A stretch of 64,000 bases of DNA, from assembly GCA_963662655.2 (NCBI GenBank), contig CAXXTU010000002.1, positions 1,568,001-1,632,000 on the forward strand. The letters are read 5' to 3'. Of the stretch, positions 50,315-58,209 are shown in pieces. The notes under the pieces were generated by a model, which was not told where the DNA came from, made no database searches, and saw only the letters and a list, made by a program, of their open reading frames with translations. The stretch comes from Candidatus Cloacimonadales bacterium (GTDB taxonomy: Bacteria; Cloacimonadota; Cloacimonadia; Cloacimonadales; JAIOQZ01). The first letter of the stretch is position 1. Every line of letters starts with the position of its first letter. The position numbers and the translations under genes are program-made.

Positions 50315-51058
50315 ATGGAAGTAAAAGACAGATTGGCGGCTGTAGTTAAGTCGTTAGAAATGAAAAAGATGGATTTTGCGTCGTCTATCGGCGTGTCAAC
50401 CGGAAACCTCTCGGACTGGCTCTCTGACAAGAAAAAGAGCAAACCGTCCATCGATGCGCTGGTTCGTATTTGCGAAATGCATGCCGTGAACATGAACTGG
50501 CTGCTCACAGGACAGGGCTCGATGTTCATCGAACCCTTCCCCGAAGCGTTACTCGAGACCGAGGACGGCAAGAAGAAGCGGCTCGAAATGCTCAAGCACA
50601 CGGTCAAGACCATCGATGGCAGGCCGTATAACCCGTCCGACAACTACTTCAGCCGGACGGTGAGTCTGCCGGTGGAAGCGGAGATTGCTGCGGGGCCTCC
50701 CGTCAAAGCGAAGAAAGACAGCCTCGCGTATATCGAAATCCCGCGCGTGTTCCTTTCGAGCGATACGGTGAACTACTGCGTGTTTCGAGTGAACGGTCAC
50801 AGTATGGAGCCGAACATCCATCATGGCGACATCGTGGTCATTCATTACAACTACGACTGGATGAGTCTCGATGGTAAGGTCTGCGCTGTTCGAACCGATG
50901 ATGGCATCACGCTGAAGAAGGTCCAGCTCGTACCGAAGAACAAACAGGTACTCCTCCTCCCATTCAACAAAGACTACAATGTCATCGTGCTCGACGAGGA
51001 TTCACCAATGGACGTTCACCTCGTGGGTGTGGTGGTGATTCAGTTCAGGCTATATTAG
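50315..51058 (+). CDS. CI/LexA-like repressor (XRE HTH plus S24 peptidase)
   Basis: FASSIGVSTGNLSDW..KSKP, NMNWLLTGQG, IAAG, FRVNGHSMEP, TLKKV. Confidence 0.9.
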   Translation: MEVKDRLAAVVKSLEMKKMDFASSIGVSTGNLSDWLSDKKKSKPSIDALVRICEMHAVNMNWLLTGQGSMFIEPFPEALLETEDGKKKRLEMLKHTVKTIDGRPYNPSDNYFSRTVSLPVEAEIAAGPPVKAKKDSLAYIEIPRVFLSSDTVNYCVFRVNGHSMEPNIHHGDIVVIHYNYDWMSLDGKVCAVRTDDGITLKKVQLVPKNKQVLLLPFNKDYNVIVLDEDSPMDVHLVGVVVIQFRLY

Positions 51059-51129
51059 AAGAATTGGCGAGCATCGGTTCGATCGGGTTCGTTTCACCCG
51101 GTCGTTTGACGCTCGCCTTTTTCATTGCG

Positions 51130-51214
51130 TTTTACAAACGTTTTACAGTCGCTCTTTTACAAACGCCCTTTACACACGTTTACAGACGCCCCTTTTACAG
51201 TCGCTTTACAGACG
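51130..51214 (+). repeat. cluster of seven TTTACA(N)-type short direct repeats
   Basis: tttacaaacg, tttacagtcg, tttacaaacg, tttacacacg, tttacagacg, tttacagtcg, tttacagacg. Confidence 0.8.
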
Positions 51215-51483
51215 ATATCCCATGAGCTTACGCGAATCTCCACGGAAATAACGGCTTAACACGGCTGCGAGAGTGGAACCCATGTGCCAAACCGGTGGCA
51301 TCGAACGGGACGAAACGAACCGTTTCTGCCATTTCTTTACAAACGCTTGCAGACGTCTATCTCGCAAGTCCGTCGATGCTTGGGTGGAAAACCGAGCGTC
51401 TGTAAACTTCTGCCAAGGGGGTGTCATTTAATATGTGCAAATCCCACTCTTTTCCTAAAATAGTTCAGCAAAGAGATTCAGGT

Positions 51484-51537
51484 AGATGCCCCCAAAACCT
51501 CACGGGAGGATATTCGTTCATTTTCACGGGAGATATT
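51484..51537 (+). repeat. partial/degenerate copy of hairpin-element end
   Basis: agatgcccc followed by caaaacctcacgggag (identical to 52334-52349) and gatattcgttcattttc. Confidence 0.7.
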
Positions 51538-51550
51538 AGTGTTTAACACC

Positions 51551-52243
51551 CTATTCGTCAAACTTACTGAGCTCTCGCTCCAGGCAATCGGGGCAAATGG
51601 AATGTGTAGGTTTTGCGCCGGAGATATCCTTGACGTATTTCTCGACAGATACCCATTCACCACTGTCCTCCCGCACTTTTTTACAATAGCTGCAAATCGG
51701 GTAAATTCTCGAAAGCTCATCCAGCAAATGATCACACTTCTTCACTTCTGCTTTTGCCATCACAACGCGAAGAGACAGCTCGATCATCCGCTTGACCTGC
51801 TTGATAATAACCAGATGCAGATCGTTGTGCTTATTGCTTTTGTTGTCCAGAAAGCAAACGGTACCGAAATTTTCCCCATCCGGACGATGAATCGGCATAC
51901 CCGCATAGCTAATGATTCCGAACTGGACCGCGGCGTCATTATTTCTCCAGGCTTTTTCTTTCAGCGCATTGGGTATCAGGTTGACGCCCCTGCTTTTCAA
52001 TGTATATTCACAATACCAGCCAGATTCGGGATATTGCGAAATGAAGTCAGCCGGATATGGATTGCCTTCTGTGTGGCTTGATAAAAGAATCTCGATTTCA
52101 TTCCCATCGACGCGCGTTATCAGTCCAGCTGGAACGCCAAGAAATTCTGCGGTTTCATCTAACAAAACCTGCCATTCATCAAGGATGTCCTGCGATAGTA
52201 GGTCTCGTGTTACTGGATTCTTCGGAAGCTTATTAGCGCTCAT
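51551..52243 (-). CDS. GAF domain protein with C-terminal PICSYCKK motif
   Basis: WYC..T..IPNA..SYAGMPI..DG..FGTVCFLD GAF pattern; PICSYCKKVR..W..THSICPDC. Confidence 0.8.
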   Translation of the reverse strand: MSANKLPKNPVTRDLLSQDILDEWQVLLDETAEFLGVPAGLITRVDGNEIEILLSSHTEGNPYPADFISQYPESGWYCEYTLKSRGVNLIPNALKEKAWRNNDAAVQFGIISYAGMPIHRPDGENFGTVCFLDNKSNKHNDLHLVIIKQVKRMIELSLRVVMAKAEVKKCDHLLDELSRIYPICSYCKKVREDSGEWVSVEKYVKDISGAKPTHSICPDCLERELSKFDE

Positions 52244-52340
52244 ACAGTTCCCTTGTGTTTCTATCAATATAAGCAATTTCATGGGGTTTGAAAAGCATTT
52301 ATGCAAACTGTTTTAAAATTTAAGGCAACTCATCAAAACC

Positions 52341-52559
52341 TCACGGGAGCAGATTCGTTTGATTTCCCGCGAAATTGTGGTGTTTCACACCCAATTTTCG
52401 GCTTTGGCGTAGTCGATTTTAGGTTTCGCGTAGCGATAACCTGGAATCCCAAAGACGAAATCATGAACGATGTGATTTCGTTCCTCGAAATCATGTTAGT
52501 GGATAATCGGGTGTGGTATATCCACATTTTGCGGGAAATCGGGCGAAGATGCCCCGTGA
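52341..52559 (+). repeat. dispersed covarying hairpin element, copy 6 (longest)
   Basis: Outer tcacggg/cccgtga; GATT/AATC compensatory variant of GATC/GATC; nested hairpins in the loop. Confidence 0.9.
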
Positions 52560-52613
52560 TGCAATCGGGAATCAGATCATCCCTGTCAGCATAAGCAAGC
52601 CGCTAACCACCCA

Positions 52614-53573
52614 TCACTTCAGCAGTAACGCTTTTGTGATCCGCTCCTCACCGCCGGCATTGATCCGTATCAGATACACGCTACTCGCAACAGCTCGCTC
52701 CCCGGAATCGCGTCCATCCCATACGATTGAATGAGTACCAGCCTCGAGGCGTTCATCGAGAAGCGTTCTCACTTTCTGCCCCCTGAGATTGTACACGACA
52801 ATCTTCACATCCGTACAAACCGGGATGTCGAAGGATACCGTTGTTTGCGGATTGAAGGGATTGGGATAACAGACAAGCTCGATGGCCGGTGGCTGGAGAA
52901 TCGGGTCATCCATCGCGAGAACGGTCGAGTCGCCATAGAAAACGCCGTTGATTTCGCAGGCAATGAGCTGAGCCCACCCATCTTCGATTTCCTCTTCAAT
53001 CGGACCGAAATCGTGTGTCCAGGTTTGAAAAACCTGCGTATAATCGAAGGCAAATTGCTTGCAAAAATGCGACTCACCACCGAAGAGATTTCTCTCGCTG
53101 GAACCCTCGAATCTCTGAATTGCGGGATATGGCGATCCGAAATGGAATGGAAAAACGCAGCATGCCTCGTTGTCCTCATCCAGAGCCCAGTTGAAGTAGA
53201 GCAGTTCGACGGTTTCCGGATTGTTATCGTAATCCCCGGTGTCGAGGACAAAGATCGAGTCCCCGCGATTGATCTCCCATATAGGCTGGTAATCTCCACC
53301 TCCGATGCCCACGACACCGTAATAAGTCTCGCCATTCACGAGCGTATCGGCAACAACCTCGCGACCGATGATTACCCACGGATCCTGACCCGGATTCCAA
53401 AGTGACTGGAGATAATACCACCATCTATCGCCAACATGTAGAAGATTGATGCAGGTACGATCTTGCCTCGCGGGGCCATCGGCATGAATCACAGAAGAAG
53501 TACGGACAAGAGGTTGAATCGAAAAAAGAAGAGACAAGGAAAGAAGCAAAAGCAGCAATACTTTTGTTCGCAC
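52614..53573 (-). CDS. secreted protein with FlgD/T9SS-like C-terminal domain
   Basis: GTG start, signal peptide; CYPNPFNPQT..YNLRGQKV..WDGRD..SSVY..KALLLK. Confidence 0.75.
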   Translation of the reverse strand: MRTKVLLLLLLSLSLLFSIQPLVRTSSVIHADGPARQDRTCINLLHVGDRWWYYLQSLWNPGQDPWVIIGREVVADTLVNGETYYGVVGIGGGDYQPIWEINRGDSIFVLDTGDYDNNPETVELLYFNWALDEDNEACCVFPFHFGSPYPAIQRFEGSSERNLFGGESHFCKQFAFDYTQVFQTWTHDFGPIEEEIEDGWAQLIACEINGVFYGDSTVLAMDDPILQPPAIELVCYPNPFNPQTTVSFDIPVCTDVKIVVYNLRGQKVRTLLDERLEAGTHSIVWDGRDSGERAVASSVYLIRINAGGEERITKALLLK

Positions 53574-53630
53574 AAGACACCCCCATAAGTTAACAAGAAC
53601 CTACCAGAGAATCCATTGCTGTCAAGTACT

Positions 53631-54446
53631 TTATGCCCTTCGCTGACGAATGGCCTCATACAGAACAATCGAGGTCGCGCATGCGACATTCAGGGAACTC
53701 GCGCTACCATGAATCGGGATGTTAGCCACTGAGTCCGAAAACTCGGTCAATCGCTCGCTCATTCCCACCGACTCGTTGCCAATAATCAGGATTGTCGCCT
53801 TGCGAAAATCAATCTGCCCAATCTCTTTATCGCCACGAGCGCTTGTCCCGACAACCTGAACGTCCGTATTCATCCCCTGCAATCGTTCCTTCATCTCATG
53901 AATAATGCGGTACGACTCCGCCTGGATAACGAGCATAGTGAAGATCGTTCCGATACTCGCGCGAACCGTCTGCGGATCATACAAATCCGCTCCGTGACCC
54001 GTTGTAATCACCAAATCTACGCCCAAGGCATCGCAGCTTCGTATAATGCTACCTAAATTCCCGGGGCTCCCCGGCCGATCCAGAACTACGATCAACGGAC
54101 TCTCGCCGAAGGAAACCTCCTCCAGCTTCCGATTCCGGATATTCGCCACAAGAACAATCTCGGGAATCTCTTCCCGGTCGCACAGCTTCGTCATGAGCGC
54201 TTCAGATAAGGCATACTGCTCCGAATCGGTAAAGACTGCCAGCACATTCTGGGCCCAAGTTGAATGCTCGCCATCGCGATACAAAACGGCATGCACGGGC
54301 CAGTTCCGCTCAATGACCAGATTGATCGCCTTGACGCTCTCAACCAGAAACAAGCCCAACTTCGTCCGCTTCTTCCGATTTGTCCGTAGCGCTTGAAATT
54401 GCTGGAATGTGGCATTCTCCACAGTAATCTTACGTACATTTTCCAT
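53631..54446 (-). CDS. TrmH/SpoU family RNA methyltransferase (AviRb-like)
   Basis: DRPGSPGNLGSIIRSCDALG, IGNESVG, IPIHGSASSLNVA..LYE. Confidence 0.9.
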   Translation of the reverse strand: MENVRKITVENATFQQFQALRTNRKKRTKLGLFLVESVKAINLVIERNWPVHAVLYRDGEHSTWAQNVLAVFTDSEQYALSEALMTKLCDREEIPEIVLVANIRNRKLEEVSFGESPLIVVLDRPGSPGNLGSIIRSCDALGVDLVITTGHGADLYDPQTVRASIGTIFTMLVIQAESYRIIHEMKERLQGMNTDVQVVGTSARGDKEIGQIDFRKATILIIGNESVGMSERLTEFSDSVANIPIHGSASSLNVACATSIVLYEAIRQRRA

Positions 54447-54456
54447 AGTGAAATCT

Positions 54457-55554
54457 CTATTCCTGCGCCCGAATCAATTCAACCATCAGGTCATCGCCCA
54501 ACTGCTCGAAAGAGTCCATCTTCCAGCGGACGGCCTCGCCGATCGTTCCTGCTACCGGCTCCGGCGCAAAACCCTTGCCCCCCCCCAGAATACAGTTTCC
54601 GTAGAACATCGTAAGCTGATCCGCAAGTCCCTCTCTCAGAAATGATGCGACAACCTTCGGGCCGGCTTCTACCATGGCCATCATGATACCCCGCGAGTAT
54701 AATTCTTGCAGCACACCGTCCAGCGTTAGCCCCTCCGGTGTTGACCCGACAGACACCACTTCCACCCCAAGCTCATTGAGAGATCGAGCCTTGTCCGATT
54801 CAGCCTTTCCTTGCGTGGTGAACACCCAGACCTGTTGAGCATTGGCCGAGCGTACGATCCTGGACTCAAGCGGAATCCGCAGTTCCGAATCGAGGATCAC
54901 GCGAACCGGCGCACCGCAAGGCTCATCGAGCCGGACATTCAGCCTGGGATCGTCGCCGAGAACCGTCCCGATCCCCGTCAATATCGCGTCCGTGCGATTA
55001 CGCATCCGGTGCACCCTGTTTCGAGCAGCCTCCCCCGTTATCCACTGTGAAGTTCCATCCTCAGCCGCCAGCTTCCCGTCAAGCGACGCAGCGATCTTCA
55101 CCGTCACAAACGGTCGCCTCTCTTTCACAAAATGCAGATACGGCCTGAGTTGCCTGAGTATCGCTTCTTCCTCGATTCCGCTGTGGACTTCGATACCGTT
55201 CTCCTCCAGAATCCCACCGCTCAGGTTGCACACCTTTGGATTGGGATCGAGAACGCCTATATACACGCGCTTGATTCCGGCGCGAATGATCGCATCCGTG
55301 CAGGGAGGCGTTCTCCCCCAGTGGCAACACGGTTCCAGCGTGACATACATATCTGCGTCACGCGCTTGTTTCCCCGCATCCTTCAGCGCGACCACCTCCG
55401 CGTGATCCATCCCGCAAGGCTGCGTATAGCCCTCTCCCACAACGTGTTCGTGCTTAACGATAACCGCCCCCACAAAGGGATTGGGAGAAGTCCTGCCTTT
55501 CGCTTTTTCCGCTTGCTCGATGGCTTTTCTCATGTAAAATGAAGCATTGCTCAT
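54457..55554 (-). CDS. ribD: riboflavin biosynthesis deaminase/reductase RibD
   Basis: PNPFVGAVIV, HAE, TLEPCCHWGRTPPC, SLDGK, SQWITG. Confidence 0.95.
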   Translation of the reverse strand: MSNASFYMRKAIEQAEKAKGRTSPNPFVGAVIVKHEHVVGEGYTQPCGMDHAEVVALKDAGKQARDADMYVTLEPCCHWGRTPPCTDAIIRAGIKRVYIGVLDPNPKVCNLSGGILEENGIEVHSGIEEEAILRQLRPYLHFVKERRPFVTVKIAASLDGKLAAEDGTSQWITGEAARNRVHRMRNRTDAILTGIGTVLGDDPRLNVRLDEPCGAPVRVILDSELRIPLESRIVRSANAQQVWVFTTQGKAESDKARSLNELGVEVVSVGSTPEGLTLDGVLQELYSRGIMMAMVEAGPKVVASFLREGLADQLTMFYGNCILGGGKGFAPEPVAGTIGEAVRWKMDSFEQLGDDLMVELIRAQE

Positions 55555-55567
55555 ACGACCTCTCTTT

Positions 55568-56251
55568 CTATCCCCAATCGATTTCGATAGCGTATGGGTT
55601 GGGATCCTTTATTCCGGCGCGCTTGAAAGCCTGGATGCGTAAATGGCAGCTATCGCAGGTACCACAGGCAACATCGTTGTCGCGGTAGCAGCTCCAGCTC
55701 AGCTCGAACGGCGCACCCAGCTCCCTGCCGAGTCTGATAATCTCCGCCTTGTTCATGTGGATCACCGGCGTATGAATCTCGATGTGCGTATCGTCCCTCG
55801 TACCGGCGTCAATCGTCAGGCCGAAGCGCTTGTAAAACACGTCCCTGCAATCGGGATATCCGCTGGAGTCTTCCTCCACCGCTCCGATGTAGATCCGCTG
55901 CGCGCCGATCACTTCCGCCCAGCTAACCGCGATGCAGATCAGATGCGCGTTGCGGAACGGCACGTACGTATCGGGAATGCCGGATTCACCCTCCGAGTAA
56001 TCCTTCACGTCCATGGAGAGATCGGTCAGCGCGGAGCCCCCAATCTCGGCAAGATAGGAGATATCAACCGATCGACAACCCGCTGGCTTGAAGTGCGTGC
56101 AGAGTTTCTCGAAAAGCTCCGCTTCCTTCTTCTGCGTACGCTGCCCGTAGTTTGCGTGAAGGAAATGGACTTCGTCCGATTCCCTTCCGGCAATCGCAGC
56201 CGTTACCAGGCTGTCCATTCCACCGCTTACAAGTATGATTGATTTGATCAT
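55568..56251 (-). CDS. queC: 7-cyano-7-deazaguanine synthase QueC
   Basis: SGGMDS, YGQR, TYVPFRN, SGYPDCR, SWSCY, CGTCDSC.LR. Confidence 0.95.
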   Translation of the reverse strand: MIKSIILVSGGMDSLVTAAIAGRESDEVHFLHANYGQRTQKKEAELFEKLCTHFKPAGCRSVDISYLAEIGGSALTDLSMDVKDYSEGESGIPDTYVPFRNAHLICIAVSWAEVIGAQRIYIGAVEEDSSGYPDCRDVFYKRFGLTIDAGTRDDTHIEIHTPVIHMNKAEIIRLGRELGAPFELSWSCYRDNDVACGTCDSCHLRIQAFKRAGIKDPNPYAIEIDWG

Positions 56252-56334
56252 CGCGTTCCTCTTCTTATCATCTGATAATTCTTTATATTCTTCGTACGGT
56301 ACGTGCGTCAAGTAAAGAGTAATCTCATAAAATG

Positions 56335-56364
56335 AAAAGCCGGCAGATTTCTCTACCGGCTTTT
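56335..56364. terminator. bidirectional intrinsic terminator
   Basis: aaaagccgg/ccggctttt. Confidence 0.6.
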
Positions 56365-56381
56365 CTATTTCGGGTTGATGG

Positions 56382-57737
56382 CTATTTCAGCATCAGCATT
56401 TTGCGGGTGAACGTTGATTCGCCCACGGTAAGCTGATAGAAATAGATTCCGCTTGGTTGATCTTTTGGTTCCCAGCTAACCCTGTGTATCTGTCCACCGC
56501 TTCTCTGCTGATGGTCGATCAGGGTGTTGATCAGCTGACCCTTCATGTTGTAAACCTTGAGGGTGATTTCGCTCGATTCCGCGATGTAGAAGCTGATCTC
56601 CGTGCTTGGGTTGAAAGGATTCGGATGGTTCTGGTTGAGCTGAGCGAATACGTCCGTGCTCGGAACACTCTCGCCACCCTCTTCGCCATCCTCGAGAATC
56701 GTGATCTGAACTGGACCGTGGAATCTTGACTGTCCGCTCATTTCCTTTGCTTCCAGCCAGTAGTAGTAGGTCATTTCCGACTGGATATCTCCGTCGGTGA
56801 ACTGGTATACCTGTTCGGCTGAGATATTGTTCGCTTCCACGAATCCCATGTCGTATGCGTCAGCGATGTCGTCGTTTGCACTGCGATAGACCTGATAGCC
56901 CATCATATCGCTTTCGGACTGGGTTACCCATTCCAGAAGAACGTAGTTCTCGGAGGTGAGTACTGCTTCAAATGAAGAGAATTCGACAGGAAGTGAGCCG
57001 TCGTCGTCGTTGAAATAAACAATGTCCAGCACCATTGTCGGGATGGTGTCGTCAATTTCAAGCTGACGGTTGGCAATTGCACCTTCCCAGGTTGAGCCGT
57101 TAACGAATTTGTATTCGATATACGGAGTTGAACCGCCGGAGAAGAGGACATCGCCTGCGTAAATATTACCACCCTGGTCGGTCAAGGTGTTCGCACCAAC
57201 TGCCCAACCATTGAATGAGCCGGCAACAGAGATTGCGCCTTCGACACCGGCAACGCTCATATCGACTCGGAACGTGACCGTTACATCCTGTCCAAGAGGA
57301 TCACCGTAGAAGAATTCACCGGGAGCTGCTGCCGTGAAGGGCCCATGACCGTTCTGGTCTGTTCCGTATGAATAGGTTTCGTCGGTAGTATCATAGCCTT
57401 CACAGTAAAACTCTGCAATATCGCCAGCTATATAAGTACCACCGGGAATCGTAGCGGTATATTCGTCGTTGCTTCCGACATCTCCATTATAGGTCATTGC
57501 CACGGAATTGTATACCGTTTCACCGGAAAGCCGGTAATAGAATGTCGCCGTTATACCAGCGCCCTGGCCACCGCTGTTAGTAACACCATCTTTCCAAATC
57601 TGGTAATAAACATTGAGGTCATTACCAGGTACATGGAAGGTTTCCTCATTCGGCCAGATGTTTCCGCTCCAGCCTATCGATGCGTTCAAAACAAGCACAA
57701 CTGAAACAAGCATGAAAAGGATTGCAAAACGTTTCAT
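56382..57737 (-). CDS. secreted protein with CBM20/starch-binding-like domain and FlgD/T9SS-like CTD
   Basis: Signal peptide; VTFRVDMS..VAGSFNGW..EYKFVNG..WE; LPVEFSSF..W.TQSE; QNHPNPFNPST..KMLMLK. Confidence 0.7.
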   Translation of the reverse strand: MKRFAILFMLVSVVLVLNASIGWSGNIWPNEETFHVPGNDLNVYYQIWKDGVTNSGGQGAGITATFYYRLSGETVYNSVAMTYNGDVGSNDEYTATIPGGTYIAGDIAEFYCEGYDTTDETYSYGTDQNGHGPFTAAAPGEFFYGDPLGQDVTVTFRVDMSVAGVEGAISVAGSFNGWAVGANTLTDQGGNIYAGDVLFSGGSTPYIEYKFVNGSTWEGAIANRQLEIDDTIPTMVLDIVYFNDDDGSLPVEFSSFEAVLTSENYVLLEWVTQSESDMMGYQVYRSANDDIADAYDMGFVEANNISAEQVYQFTDGDIQSEMTYYYWLEAKEMSGQSRFHGPVQITILEDGEEGGESVPSTDVFAQLNQNHPNPFNPSTEISFYIAESSEITLKVYNMKGQLINTLIDHQQRSGGQIHRVSWEPKDQPSGIYFYQLTVGESTFTRKMLMLK

Positions 57738-57890
57738 GTTGAACCTCCTCTATTTTTTTTCTTTGCACTCTTTCACAATACTAAGACAACCAAATGAATT
57801 TCTGCTTGTCAATATTTTTTTGTTTCAAACACATAATTTATTACAAAATGATTCCATACTTCTTCCGCTCGCAAATGATAAAAAAAGCAA

Positions 57891-58071
57891 CATCGTGAGC
57901 AGGTTCGTTCGATCGCCGCCTGTGCAGGGTGTTCCACAGCCGATTTTCGGCTTTCGTGCAACGAAAACCTACTCATGAACACTGTGATTTCGTTCTCCGA
58001 AATCATGTTACTGGATAATCGGGTGTGGTATATCCCTGTGCAGGCGGCGATCGGGCGAAGATGCCACGATG
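57891..58071 (+). repeat. dispersed covarying hairpin element, copy 7
   Basis: Outer catcgtg/cacgatg; gatcGccgcc/ggcggCgatc compensatory change relative to copies 1 and 2. Confidence 0.9.
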
Positions 58072-58160
58072 CTGAGATCACCGAGAACGTCTCTCCCCCT
58101 CCTTAGAACGAGAGAAGAGTAGGGGGAATTATTCCCCATCATGTAAATCCTGCTTCAAAC

Positions 58161-58188
58161 AAAAAAAGCCGGATCATCCGACCCGGCT
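58161..58188 (-). terminator. intrinsic terminator after dehydrogenase gene
   Basis: agccgg/ccggct stem with A7 on its left. Confidence 0.5.
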
Positions 58189-58209
58189 CCAATTTTGTGA
58201 AAATTATAT

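Larger units (their letters stand above)
48740..51446 (-). mobile_element. remnant of Mu-like transposable prophage/transposon (repressor end)
   Basis: Repressor divergent from Ner-like HTH plus MuA; right boundary uncertain. Confidence 0.6.

Noticed and set aside
1313..58071. Hairpin family as hairpin ribozyme (GTGGTATAT resembles loop B GUGGUAUAUUAC)
   Set aside because: The opposing strand is TGTT(T/C) rather than AGAAACA, and no loop A (AGAA / NGUC) arrangement is evident.
1313..58071. Hairpin family as canonical integron attC sites or a CRISPR array
   Set aside because: There are no RYYYAAC/GTTRRRY ends and no integrase in the window. Copies are kb apart, with no repeat-spacer periodicity and no cas genes.
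1313..58071. Hairpin family as ordinary intrinsic terminators
   Set aside because: There are no U tracts, the elements are too long, orientation is independent of genes, and separate typical terminators lie next to copies 2 and 7.
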